In this document: positions 49,324 through 63,400 of the stretch, piece after piece
Numbering within the stretch: the stretch's first letter is position 1
How the letters are laid out: each line of letters starts with the position of its first letter
Source of the DNA: Tubiluchus corallicola
Lineage: Eukaryota > Animalia > Priapulida
NCBI GenBank assembly: GCA_030141605.1
Contig: JAQGDQ010000959.1
Span: 1-64,000 of the forward strand
Direction: 5' to 3'
DNA length: 64,000 nt
Translations under genes and position numbers: made by a program
Notes under the pieces: model-generated
Seen by the model: the letters and a program-made list of their open reading frames with translations, nothing else
Told to the model about the DNA's origin: nothing
Databases searched by the model: none

Positions 49324-52300
49324 ATGAACTGTGCAGACTGCAAAAAGTCATTGGCAGGACAACAGTACGTGGAAGTGCAGGCCGAGAAATACTGCCTAAA
49401 ATGTCATGAAAAGAACTTTGCTAATGTGTGTGCCGAGTGCAAGAAAAAGATTGTGGTGGGGCAGAAAGTAAGTTACATTTATAGTTAATGCGTCCAGCAA
49501 TGTTGTAGACAGTTATTGTCTCAATTTACGTCTTATTCACCTCCCTGCTTCCTCCATTATATCCATGAGGCTGCAGTTTCAGCAATGGACAAGATTGGAC
49601 CCATGTATAATGTTCATTCATTCAAACTTCATTTACAAACAACAAAATCGCACGACTTAGCTGATATTTTCATCCAAGCGGGGTGCTGTACACATCTGTT
49701 CAGAAAGGAAGCTTGAAAACCATTTTACTGGTAGAAAGTTAAGATACTACTTGGGCGGCTTTACCCAATGTCAAGCATGTTTTAGGAAAAAAATTGGAGA
49801 TCCATCCACCAGGAATGATCCTCCACAAGACATCACCAGGGACGATCCTCCACAAGACATCACCAGGGACGATCCTCCACAAGACATCACCAGGGATGAT
49901 CCTCCACAAGACATCACCAGGGATGATCCTCCACAAGACATCACCAGGGATGATCCTCCACAAGACATCACCAGGGATGATCCTCCTCAAGACATCACCA
50001 GGGACTATCCTCCACAAGACATCACCAGGGACGATCCTCCACAAGACATCACCAGGGATGATTCTCCACAAGACATCACCAGGGATGATCCTCCACAAGA
50101 CATCACCAGGGATGATCCTCCACAAGACATCACCAGGGATGATCCTCCACAAGACATCACCAGGGATGATCCTCCTCAAGACATCACCAGGGACTATCCT
50201 CCACAAGACATCACCAGGGACGATCCTCCACAAGACATCACCAGGGACGATCCTCCACAAGACATCACCAGGGATGATTCTCCACAAGACATCACCAGGA
50301 ATGATCCTCCACAAGACATCACCAGGGATGATCCGCCACAAGACATCACCAGGGACGATCCTCCACAAGACATCACCAGGAATGATCCTCCACAAGACAT
50401 CACCAGGGACGATCCTCCACAAGACATCACCAGGGACGATCCTCCACAAGACATCACCAGGGATGATCCTCCACAAGACATCACCAGGGACGATCCTCCA
50501 CAAGACATCACCAGGGACGATCCTCCACAAGACACCACCAGGGACGATCCTCCACAAGACATCACCAGGGACGATCCTCCACAAGACACCACCAGGGATG
50601 ATCCTCCACAAGACATCACCAGGGACGATCCTCCACAAGACATCACCAGGGATGATCCTCCACAAGACACCACCAGGGATGATCCTCCACAAGACATCAC
50701 CAGGGATGATCCTCCACAAGACATCACCAGGGATGATCCTCCTCAAGACATCACCAGGGACGATCCTCCTCAAGACATCACCAGGGACGATCCTCCACAA
50801 GACATCACCAGGGACGATCCTCCACAAGACATATCGTCTTTTTTTGCTAATTCTTGGTCACTTGGCAGATAGTTCTGCTGGTTTTCCAAAAAACAATGAT
50901 TGATTAAGAACTTGTTGCAAAGGAAGAAATGTAAAGAATAACCTTTCCAATTCCTAATGTCGTTCAATGACAATTACATTAATGTTTAATATCTCACAAT
51001 AAATACTCCTCATTAAATGTGCAAAAGATGACAAGATTCAAAAAAATTTTGCTGCTTTCAGGATTTGTCTTATGGAGATGAACACTATCACGAGGAATGT
51101 TTCGCATGCATGATCTGTAACATCTCGTTAGCAGACACAGAGTTTGAAGTAAAAGATAAGAACCGGTACTGTACTAACTGCTACGTAGAGAAGTTGGGAA
51201 AAGAAAACACATGTCCGGGCTGCAAACAAGTCTTACGTACTGGTAAGTAATTGCCACGTGATAAAATTGCTAAGTCCTCATTGACAAGCAACATTCATTT
51301 TTAATAGAATTAGAAGTAGGTAAACCTTCAACTCTGCAATATCGGACCAATCTTCAATCGCTAATTCCAAAAGCTTAAAACAGCTAAACTGGAATAGTGG
51401 GTGAAGTCAACATGCCCGTGTGTTTATCAAAAAATGTCCACTGAACATAAAAAAAAAACAAAGTACTGGATGAGGTCTTCAATGTGCTTATAAAAATATC
51501 TGTAAATTTTACAATCTTCACAAGTGAGTAGGCGGCTTCGTGACTGCTGATGGCATCAAGAATCACTTGCCAGAATGTAACAGGGAAGCCAGTGTTGGAA
51601 GTCTGTTCCAAATCCTGACTCTTCAATGGTAAGCGGAGTTTGTGTAAGAGAGGACACTGCACGGGATTTGGACATATTTGTACTGGTAACTTGAACAGCA
51701 AAGGTTCTCTGGTCACCACATTGAATTTCATAAAACTTTGCGACTCAGCCGTGCAACCATCTGTTCTATAGAGTCTCATTTCTGTTGCTGAAGCAGTGAC
51801 ATCACAATCCCGTCCTCTCGTCAATGTTCACTTTTAACGAAATGAGTTGCTTGTCGTTTCATTTTCTCAAAGTTGATAGTGTTATGTTGTGTACAAGAAG
51901 CCCATGCACAACAAGCATATTCCAGCCTTGGTCTAACTGAGATGAAATAACTATTCTGCTTTACTTCCTCCAAACAATTAGAAACAATAAGCGCAAGGTG
52001 TTATTGCTTTTAGATCGAATTTTATCGCAGTGGTCACTCCAGTTGAGATTTCGATCTCGTATAACCCCAAGATTTTGATGTTAGTTAACGTATGTTATTG
52101 GCACATCTGCAATTGTGTACTGGGAGCCTAATTTCTTTTTATTGGTAATATTTAGAATGCAACACATAGATGGGTTGAACTGCTTAAACCAGTCCTTGAC
52201 AACGGATGGAGTTTCTTTAAATCATTTTGCAAATGAATATGGTCTTCCGTACATGTTATCTTGCGGTAGAAAATGCTATTGTTAGAAAAAAATCTGTTAA

Positions 52301-55300
52301 GATGATATGTTTTTGCTCATGTTGTTGATATACAGAAGGAATAAAACTGGAACCAGGACTGAGCCCTGGGGCACTCCTGATGATACTGATGACCAAGCGG
52401 ACTTAGTTCCATTGACAGACTAACATATTAGTAATGGATTGTAACATAGAAATGCTGACAGGTTTCTGGCAAAAAATCTGAGATTACTATTATTATTATT
52501 ATTTGTTATTATTATTATACGTTATATGTACAACAGTCTGCAGTGCATTAATGAAGCCAGCCAGAGCAAGAACCTGCTAAAATCTAGAGTCGTGAGCTCT
52601 TAAAGCTTTAAACTTCTGTCACTTTAAATTTCTATTAATTAGAATACCCACTATACAATATTGTATAGTGTATCTATCTCATTATCATCCACATACTCCA
52701 ATCTGTAGAAGAATAATCTTGTACGCTTCTCGTGTCTCCATCTGTTGTAGGAGAGAAGAAACTAGAATACGGAGGCGACCGATGGCATGAAACGTGTTTC
52801 GTTTGCAACATATGCAAGAAACCAATCGGAACGGCATCGTTCTTCAAAAAAGAGGACAAAATCGTTTGCGAAGTCTGCCACGTAGAGAAATTTGCAAAAA
52901 ATTGTGCAAAGTGCAATTCGGTAAGAATTTTTCCTTGTTAAATGGCAAAAAATGAGATTGCGAATTCATTTGCAATAGTATTATTGCTGTATAAAAGCGA
53001 TTCTGCATTTTTTTGCAGCCAATAACTGGCTCGGGTGTTACGTTTGAGGACCAGGCATACCATCGGGACTGCTTTTTGTGCGAAGGCTGCAAGGGCCAAT
53101 TGGCTGGTGTCAGCTTCACAAAAGAACAAGGCAAACCATACTGCCAAGACTGCTATGCTAAGAACTTTGCAAAGAAATGTGCAAGTTGCAGAAAAGTAAT
53201 ATCAGGTGAGAACTGACTTTATGATCTACTTTTAAGAACAGATTTGTTCAAAAGGTTTTCAAGTATTACAAGGCAAACATTTGCATGATACCAGAATATT
53301 TGCAGATATTTTTTGTACAGTTGAAACCGTGAATCTCATGCTGTTGATGTCTGTAAATCTTGCAATTGTGACAGTTTTTTCATATTTTTTAGCAAAAGGA
53401 ACAGCAAGCGGTAAGAAAATCAAGTCAAATATGGGAGCTCTTTCCAAACCTTACCTATCCATCCAGTTGTGCCTTTTTCCAAAAACACTGCACCTTGTCT
53501 GGCTTTCTCTTGTGAAGACAAACTAGCACTTATCTTAAAACTTGAAAAAACTTAGTATTATCATATTTAATTATACATTTAATGACACCTGAATGTGTTA
53601 ACTTTAATTTGCTAATGATAATTGATACAAAAAATATTTCAAAGCCGAAGGAGGTGCTGATGACGGTAAGTTATACCACCAAAACTTCGCATGTGCCATT
53701 TCACAAAGCTTGCTAGACATTTAAAAAAATGCATCAGCCAGACATTATAGAAACGAGTTCCACAAATATATGCTGCTGCTAGCAGATGATGTGTGGTAAA
53801 TCAGTTTATTGGCTGCTAGGCATGAACTAAAATGTAGATGATACAGCACGGAAACGCTGAAGCACTTGGATGAGCAAGATCACGTGATTCAGTGTTCGAT
53901 TCTAGAAGAGAAATCTGCTGTGTCCAAGGGTAGAGCTTTATTAGCTTGACGTAAGCTCCTCAGGTAACCTTTGTAAGTTCAGCTGACTTTGATAAGGTAT
54001 TTACTAATCGTGTCGGTTTAAATGCGAAAAACAGGAAGATGTAAACGTGAAATGTGCTCATTACATCTTTCATAATTTTTAGTTCTTTCCAACAGGTATG
54101 GTGCTTAGCATCCCAAGAGTTGATTTTACCACAAAATCGTCTGCCGGCATGTTGCTTGGAAAGCGTGTTAAGGCTGTTATGCACAAAAATAAAATTTTAC
54201 CAGTTTAATTTCTAAGTTAGCTCATCTTCAATTAATTGAGCACTAGTATATCTTGTTTGCATTTGCAAAAACTGAAAACATGGTTCAGTAAATAGCTCTT
54301 AGCAATAGACACTATGTTGCATCATTTTTCAATGACAGTAGACAAATGCGTAGTGCATGTTTTTAAGACGTTTCTTTATGACTTGAATTGCTAGCTGTAC
54401 ATCACAAAGAATGCACCAGTCATGACTTGAGTTGCTAGCTGTACATCACAAAGAATGCACCAGTCATGACTTGAGTTCCTAGCTGTACATCATAAAGAAT
54501 GCACCAGTCATGACTTGAGTTGCTAGCTGTAAAGCACAAAGTATGCACCAGTCATAACTTGAATTGCTAGCCGTACATCACAAAGAATGCACCAGTCATG
54601 GCTTGAGGTGCTAGCTGTAAAGCAGAAAGAATGCACCCAGTCATGGCTTGAGGTGCTAGCTGTAAAGCAGAAAGAATGCACCCAGTCATGACTTGAGTTG
54701 CTAGCTGTAAAGCAGAAAGAATGCACCAGTCATGACTTGAGTTGCTAGCTGTACATCACAAAGAATGCACCAGTCATGACTCGAGTTGCTATTTGTACAT
54801 CACAAAGAATGCACCAGTCATGACTCGAGTTGCTAGCTGTACATCATGCAGAATGCACCAGTCATGACTCGAGTTGCTAGCTGTACATCACAAAGAATGC
54901 ACCAGTCATGACTCGAGTTGCTAGCTGTACATCACAAAGAATGCACCAGTCGTGACTTGAGTTGCTAGCGGTACATCACAAAGTATGCACCAGTCATCTT
55001 CACAACTCTAAGGTTAAGGAACTGTTGCAGTTCGAGCTAGCAAATTTTTTACGTGGAATTTTTTCTAATTTTATTTTTCAAAAAAAAGGATTATTCAGAG
55101 AATCTAACAAATTCTGCAACTACAAATGAATACAGGAATTGTACAGTTAACCAAATTTTCACTTTTAGTACATCCATTATAAAGCAATAATTACGTCATA
55201 TTCATCTAAATAATTATTTCATTGCATCAGTAAGGTTAAAAGTGGACTTACTTTATTATATTTCTGAAAAATGTACATAAAAACCGAACATTAAATTGGT

Positions 55301-55634
55301 TTTTTTCTGCATTCAGTTGAAGTGAGTGAAAAAAATCAGCTGTTATTAAGCAGATAAATACATTTACTAAAATCAAATAGTTTTGCTTAAAATGTTGTGC
55401 CACATTTCTTGAAAAAATTGACAAATAACTAGCTAGAAAAGCTGACTCTCAACTTATTTTTGATACTTATAGTTCAACATGATTATTTCAGGTCCCGGGG
55501 GTCAGAAGTACGTGACGTTTGAAGACAGAGCCTGGCATAATGACTGCTTCAACTGCACTAAGTGTAAATCATCATTAGTGGGCAAAGGTTTCCATACAGA
55601 AGGGTTGAGAGTGTTGTGCCCAAAATGTGCCTAG
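49324..55634 (+). CDS. FHL2: Four-and-a-half LIM domains protein (FHL2/Limpet-like), 274 aa
   Basis: Exons 49324-49467 (ATG in GCCACCATG context, in-frame upstream TGA at 49285, acceptor at 49239), 51062-51242, 52751-52920, 53019-53205 and 55492-55634 (TAG). 825 nt, phases consistent. N-terminal half LIM (CADC..CLKC) plus four LIM domains (e.g. WHETCFVCNIC, YHRDCFLCEGC, WHNDCFNCTKCKSSLVGKGF). The symbol is a family-level call. Confidence 0.93.
49805..50832. repeat. Minisatellite, 27-bp unit CACCAGGGATGATCCTCCACAAGACAT, about 38 copies, in an FHL intron
   Basis: Direct tandem repeat that explains the 362, 373 and 369 aa ORFs. Confidence 0.97.
51310..52430 (-). mobile_element. Decayed non-LTR retrotransposon (CR1/L2/Jockey group) RT fragment in an FHL intron
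   Basis: The minus strand near 52400 reads SAWSSVSSGVPQGSVLVPVLFLLYINNM, then RFFSNNSIFYRKITCTEDHIHLQNDL (decayed GVPQGSVLGP and FADD motifs). Confidence 0.75.
54378..54997. repeat. Minisatellite, 44-bp unit, about 14 copies, in the last FHL intron
   Basis: Unit ATGACTTGAGTTGCTAGCTGTACATCACAAAGAATGCACCAGTC. Confidence 0.96.
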
Positions 55635-57409
55635 AAGGAAATTCATATATGTATATGTATGCATACATAAAATTGTTGACGTGCAACGTAGGCTGATATT
55701 ACTACAATTCTATCATGTCGACTTCGCAGCTTTGCTGCATGAACGAACTTTTCAGTCACCGACTTCGTTTTTACGTGTTGGCACGTTTCACGACGTACTG
55801 TTCTCACTCTAAATTGTAAAACTTTTTGGTTGTACACAAGTTTTATGTGAAAAATAGCAACATTTATTGAAAAAAATATAGGCACATTGTTTTGTGTGTG
55901 TGTGTGTGTGTATTATTCCATATGGTAGCTATGCATGTTACATTACACGTATAACAGACGGATTAGTAATGGGAAACTGTAATACCTTAATCTAGGCAGT
56001 AACATGAACAGCTAATTACAAAATGACACAAATTGTCAAAGCATAAAAATGTGTATGAAAAATTTGATGCTGCAGTGCACCATGCTGCTGCTCACACAAG
56101 CTATATTTTAAATGTTTTTATAAAAAAACATCATACTGACTATGCATTACTACTGCTGTTATATTACTGTAGGTCTGAAACATTAGTTCTAACAAATGTT
56201 GGGTGAGGGCGCATAGCACTCGCATACGCTACATAGTATGCACTATTTGTTACATCAAAACGAATAGCAAGTTAAGTCATACAATGTGTAAATATTTAAC
56301 ATTGACACATACTGTGCAGTCTGCACATGCTGATTAACACTAGTTCATCATCTAGTCCACAAATGGCAACATTTCTTATCTGTTGACTATTTAGAATAGC
56401 TTAGTGCAGTACAACACGTTTCAAGCTAAGAGCAGTGAATAATAATTATATAAATCTGCTCACTTTTGGCAGTAATAAAGATTTTTTATTTGTATAAATT
56501 GTACAAAATTCAAATATGTTGCTACTACATACATTTTTTGCAAGTCTTGCCTAGAACAACAGTAAAATAGCATAGTTCACACATGTATTCTTAGTCTTCT
56601 CATCAATACTTAGACTATATTGTGTCGTGAGTATAATTATATTAATCCAATTGCTGTACATTGCACTTATTTTTTGTCAATTGGGTTTTTTGAGATCGAT
56701 ATTGCATATTGAGAGGTGTTGAGTACGAGTCTCAACTTGGTTTTATTAGTGTCATGCGCATTTCTAACCATTTTATGTTGAAACTATGCTAGTTTTGACA
56801 TTGTTTTGTTTTTAGAGATGTTTACTGTTATAGAGTCTGAGATTTTTGTTGCAAGATATGTTGTATTCCTTTGAAATAAATATGTAACTCAAATTATTTG
56901 CAATGAACATCATTTCTCAATCTGAACCTAGAATTAGACGTTTGTAAAATAAAATTTGTTAAGCTGCAAGCGTGGCACAATGGTCCGACCAAAAGCATAA
57001 CTATTTGTGTTACGGAGAGTGCTCGTATTTCAATACAGCCCTGGTTTGCTCCCTGACATTTGAGATTCAAAACTGTAGGTGGAGCCACACTTGTAACTTC
57101 ACCAAAATGTTAAATGGCTTGTTCGGGCAAAAACTAGTAAAAAATATAGATTTCCAGCAATTTATTGCAAAAATACAATCCTACAAACTCCTAGATTACA
57201 AACTTCTTCATTGAACATGGGAGTGGAGTAGCAAGAGACTGAGGCAATCCATCTTAATTTGAGCAACTGCTCTCAGGTATTTATACTCCCCTTTTTTTGA
57301 AGCTCAGGATGAAAATTGCAAAAAAAATGACGTGAAATTTGTTAAACATCACCTTCTCAGTTAACAAGAAAAACAGAAACAACACAAATTTATAAAAACT
57401 TGTAGAATA

Positions 57410-60400
57410 CTAGTCGGCATGTAAGACTTTGTGTCTGCTTGCTGGTGAATATGGCTTCTGTTGTTGTGGCGACTTTCTATCAAACTGCAAAGTAGCCTTG
57501 GTCAGTGATACCGGCTTGCTGTAGTAATGTCGCTGTATAACCTAGAGTAACGATTGTGTCATTAACTTAAAACAAGAAAATATATTATTTACGTCAACTG
57601 GAATTTTTGGTACACGAAGGACTTGAAAAACCATTAGCAAACCAAATTTGAATCATGTCTGAAAGTCTTTAACTAAATGACAAGGAGTAACATAGATTCA
57701 AATTCAGATTATTTTTCCCATAATAATAACGTCATATAACAAAAATGATGTAAATAACTAAAAAGGAAAAAAGGGTGGCGAAAAGCTAAGGCTATTGAGT
57801 CACCCACCCTTTTCAAGATGTTTAAATGCAGCAAAGAAAAAGAAGTTCATAATTAATTTATAATTAGGTTACCGTTAGCAATAATAAATTGTACAAAATT
57901 TACGCAGCAGATATGTAGCGGTGTGAGTAACGGTAAATATAAAATATACAAAATCAAAATAAACAAAATGAAAATAAAGCCTATATAAAAATTCATAATA
58001 ATTCATATGTAATCAAATAGCCCTAACATAGTTTGGCAAAGCATAAAACAGTTAACGAAATTAAGCGATGCGCTAGAGCAAGTAGCTTCTGATTGTGCAA
58101 CCACTAAGCGATGCGCTAGAGCGAGTAGCTTCTGATTGTGCATCCACTAAGCGATGCACTAGAGCGAGTAGCTTCTGATTGTGCATCCACTAAGCGATGC
58201 GCTAGAGCGAGTAGCTTCTGATTATGCATCCACTAAGCGATGCGCTAGAGCGAGTAGCTTCTGATTGTGCATCCACTAAGCGATGCGCTAGAACGAGTAG
58301 CTTCTGATTGTGCATCCACTAAGCGATGCGCTAGAGCGAGTAGCCTCTGATTATGCATCCACTAAGCGATGCACTAGAGCGAGTAGCTTCTGATTATGCA
58401 TCCACTAAGCGATGCGCTAGAGCGAGTAGCTTCTGATTATGCATCCACTAAGCGATGCGCTAGAGCGAGTAGCTTCTGATTATGCATCCACTAAGCGATG
58501 CGCTAGAGCGAGTAGCTTCTGAATATGCATCCACTAAGCGATGCGCTAGAGCGAGTAGCTTCTGATTATGCATCCACTAAGCGATGCGCTAGAGCGAGTA
58601 GCTTCTGATTGTGCATCCACTAAGCGATGCGCTAGAGCGAGTAGCTTCTGATTGTGCATCCACTAAGCGATGCGCTAGAGCGAGTAGTTTCTGATTATGC
58701 ATCCACTAAGTGATGCACTAGAGCGAGTAGCTTCTGATTGTGCATCCACTAAGCGATGCACTAGAGCGAGTAGCTTCTGATTATGCATCCACTAAGCGAT
58801 GCACTAGAGCAAGTAGCTTCTGATTATGCATCCACTAAGCGATGCACTAGAGCAAGTAGCTTGTGATTATGCATCCACTAAAAACTGCATGGGCCTCTTG
58901 AATTATAATCTCTGTAAAAAATTTTTAAGTGTAAATTCAATCCCGAGGAACTCACAGACGAAAAATAACTATGAATAGTTTTACAAAAACAAATAAATTC
59001 CCAAAAGAGAAATGCACAATGGCGCGGGCTAAAGTGATGGTTCAGCTTTTTGAATCACTACTTTACTGAAAATGTGTTCTTACTTATGACTTGAACTTCT
59101 GTTTGCCTAAGTAATGATGTCACTAAATGACAGTATAGGTGAGTAAAAGGAAAGTTGAAAAGTACCAAAGATCTGGTCATATTAAGAGATTTTTCTAACC
59201 ATTGCAGCTCTATAATGAAAAATAATTATTGTTATACATCGAAAAAACAGCTTCACATTTCCTAACAGCAGTTGTTTTAATGTCACAGCGAAAACAGGAG
59301 CCTATCACATTCCGTGTAGGTGCTACATAAAATTAGTTTCATAAACTTACCCGATTAAAAAATCTACTCAGTCGCACAGAATTGCTAGAACCGGCAGCGA
59401 GATACTTTGGATTATGGCAGTCCTGAAAATCATCATCGTAACAATTTAACGATTTGATTACGGTATTCAGCAGCATGTGAACGACGATTTTCTTAATTAA
59501 GTGGCTGTAGTGTCAGGTGAACATACCAAATGAATTTCATCCGCTAAACAGTCTTCAGCTATTGATGACACCTTACTGACCGGTCGATGATCGCTAGCAC
59601 TGGCATCGGCTAGCAAATCTGCCTTGGTACCAATGACCATAATTGGTATCTGACTGGAACCAGCAAATTGTTCTGTATCATAATCCTCTTCGCTACAAAA
59701 TACTGAGTGTTTCGTAAAAATGTCAAAATTAAAAAAATGGTGAATTAGTCCAGGTAAAAAATGGAAATTAAGTTAAATACAATTAACACAGAATTCAGTG
59801 GCAGCTCGTAATTAAAATTAATGGGGTTGCTGCTTCAGAAAATGTTTAGCCATTGTTTTAATACTGTGCAAAGCAAAACAAACATATGTAACTTTAATGT
59901 TATAATTTGTAATTATAATTTTAAACAAACAAACACACGAAAGTTTATACCTAAACTTGATAACATCCTAAACAAAAAAAATATTTTTTTGCTTACTAAT
60001 AGCCTAAACTGTCACAGTTCAAGCTTGATCCATTCACAGTAAGCATGTGGCAACTGACAACAAACTGTGTGAGCGGCAGTAGTTTTTCTACCTGGGCTCA
60101 GGCATGTGCGCATGGCCGCATGTGCGCAACAGCCAAACACTACATTACTGGAGCGCACTGTGCTGGGCTGTGAAGCAAACAGTACTATCCTCACATTCTC
60201 TGATTCCTGTACAAGTATAAAGAAATATCTAAAGAAAAACGACCTATTATATTGAATATTAACGATAATATTGAGCGAAAATAAGGGGTGTTGCAGTTCA
60301 ACAGTACCTATACACGAGCCGCCACTGTCAGAATCAGAATCAAAGTAAGCAAGCCTTCTTAAAATATAAAAAATGATATTCACAAATATTTGTTAAAAAA

Positions 60401-63400
60401 GTTAAATTGACTTATTTTGTCAATACAGTTTCCTTACAGCTCATTTTATACGACTTTTAAAACTAACGTAAAATAACATTAAAATAAAACTAGAATATAG
60501 AAAGATTGTGTCATCAACTTACTCAGTATTGAACTCACATTGAGCTGAACCGCGTAGAATCTCCGCTAACCACTTACGCAAGTTTTGATGAGATTTCCTA
60601 TTTGTTAAATCATGCACTAGAATAATACCTAAAGTAAATCAACTTTCATATATCTTACGAATATACGGCGGTGCTATACAGTATACGAAATGTGAAAAAA
60701 AATCTTGTTTCCTAGTATCTGTAATCTCCAGTAACAGGCTACATAATACAAAACTTCTTGGGCGTACATTTCAGGTTGAACATTATAATGCAAATTTGTT
60801 ATTAATGTTAGGCCAGTTCAGTGGGTGACAACTTAAGCAAGTAGGATGGAAACTGCCATAATTTTTACAATTCCAGAAACTGTACAATTTTTAAAATCAT
60901 TTTAATTATTTAGAGCGCAGTATCAAAATTGTAGTGAACAGCAGCACCGCGCAATTTGATCCTGAATTATACCACAAATCTCTGCAGCGACTCTATAAAC
61001 TTCAAACGACAAACACTTCATTAAGTTCGTTTAATTTCAATCACAACTTTCCTTTGTGGTAACCAACTTGGCATAAACAATAATCACACACGAAAATAAT
61101 TAATAAGAAAACCGACATTCAGGAACATGAAAAATACTAGTTCTTTAAACAAACTTAGCTGACACAGGTATTTTGCTAATGCAGTAGCAACACTAATTAG
61201 ACTGAGCGGTTTCTACTTTGCCAGACAAAATTTCCAAATGCAATTTTTGCACCATGCCAATAAGTCAATTTTAAAGTTACTTAATTACTGTGGATTCTGC
61301 TGACATTCATTAGGAGGCCTACTAGCCAGTCCACTCTCACCCAAACTCCTTACTGAAATGCTTTAAAGGAAGATCGGATGATTGTTTAGACTCAATCTCA
61401 TTTTAATTTACTGTCCAAAATATACATTTTCTTGCCTATAAAAGTTAACAATTGTTCCTTATATTTGAATAATTTGTTTAGAAAATTAACTAACAGCAAC
61501 CGAACACAGCTATTGCGTACGTCAGTAACTAACCACAGTTTATGCAATGCGCGTCTTCCCTTGACGGTCAAGCACATTTCCATAAGTGTTACAGTACTGT
61601 CTAAATGCATGATGTCACGAAAAATGTGCTTTACATCATACGACGTCAGAAACTAACACAGTATTTCATGATCATGCTCACCACGATACTGCCTTCTATT
61701 TGTCGACCACGCGAATGTGACAAAAAGGCGCAGTTGCCAATCTTAGTAGATTCACTGAGTGGCACGTAGCTTTGAAGGTTTAACGAAATTTGAGTATCCG
61801 AGGTAATTATTGTTTAATCTAAGCCTTGATTTAAAATGAGCTATTGTAGTTTTCAATATTTTAGAGCATTCTTTATTCCGAACTCGTGTTTGGAATCGTC
61901 CGTTTTTCCTTTAATTAATTCTTAATTATTGCTCAGTGGATTCTGCTGACACTCATTAGGTCTACTAGCCTATCCACTCTCATCCAAACTCCTTACTCAA
62001 ATAGTTTAAAAGTCCTGCTCAAACAGTTGCAGAAATTAAATCAAATGAAAATTGATTATAAAATGGAATGATAGGGTTACTGAAGTCATACCATGAACCA
62101 AAGAATAGAACATGCATCTGCAGTTCCTGTAGCTGTTTGAACCACCAACATCCCAGAATTCTATAAAAAATGTCCGCTCATCTGGCGTTCCCTCCCTGTA
62201 TTCATGTAACTGCAAAGCAGAAGTTAAATTAAATTTACAAAGTATTCGTACATTCACATGCTAATATTATGTGAATTATATTTATTTCTAAATATTTTAG
62301 TTTTTGCTGAGAAAAGTGAGCACTTATACCACCCACTTGCCAACAGCTATAGAGCAGAATAATGAAAAAATTATCAAAAATACACAAAATTTACAAGAAA
62401 ACAGACGTATCGACAACAAGAACAAGAATAATCAAAATAAGTCTATTGATGACATGTTATTTTTTTATGAATTTGCATTTTTATGAGTTTCACAACTGTG
62501 AATGACAAGATAATCAAAGCTACAAAATGAACAATAACAAGATGGTTACAGGTGATGCAGTTGTACAAACTGATGAAATTTCATTTTTCTTTTACAGTTA
62601 TTCCAAACAGGAAAAACAGGAAACCATTTTTGCCGAAGCCATAATTTACTACACTGCACTCCTCTTCTGTTCTTTTTCATTTTCTGTCACATTCTCAATG
62701 CCTCTGCCATCTACAGAGGTATACAGGATCTGAACAAATGTAATTTAATAAGCAAGATGACAAATTACCTTAACATCAACCGAACAGCCGACCGTCCATG
62801 ACGGGTTATGTATGGCTTCATCATTGCATATCAAATGTACTAAGGAAGACTTTCCTACTCCTAAAAAACAAATAAATTAAAATAAACAGAAGTAAATGCA
62901 GTAAAAAATAAAGTAACTTACTGGGAAAACTGCGAGCATTTAGCTAGACAGATAAATGCCAAACATCACCAAAAGGAATTCAGGAAAGAAGGTCAATGTT
63001 GCTGTAACTAAGTTTGCAACAGTATCTCATATGCTGTCAGACCCACCGGTTTCATGACTGACTCACCAATGATAGTACCACAGTAAGTAAGTAAGTTAGA
63101 AGGGCAGAGAAAGGCACTAATATATGCTAGCACAGTTTCTAGATACCAGTAGTACCACATTATTATTATGACTATGAGTATGGTTCATACTACCACAATT
63201 TCAGAACAACCTCCAGTTTATTTATGGCCTAATCAATCCTAACGACACATCAACATTTTTGAAGCTTTGGACTCAAACAATCACCTCACTTTGAAATTTC
63301 AAGACTAATTTTCAGAGTCTTTACAACTCTTACCACCTAAAAGGCCACAAGCAACTTACTACAATGGACCTCGATAATGGCTCGATTAATGTAAATATTG

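Noticed and set aside
49739-50903. 362-373 aa repetitive ORFs (DDPPQDITR etc.) as proteins or an alternative FHL exon
   Set aside because: The 27-bp unit is a multiple of 3 and is open in several frames on both strands; I saw no flanking splice signals, and the FHL exons join correctly without it.
59620-62160. Atypical GTPase motifs (WDVGG, GTKAD) and no C-terminal prenylation site
   Set aside because: These are normal features of the RABL3 family.
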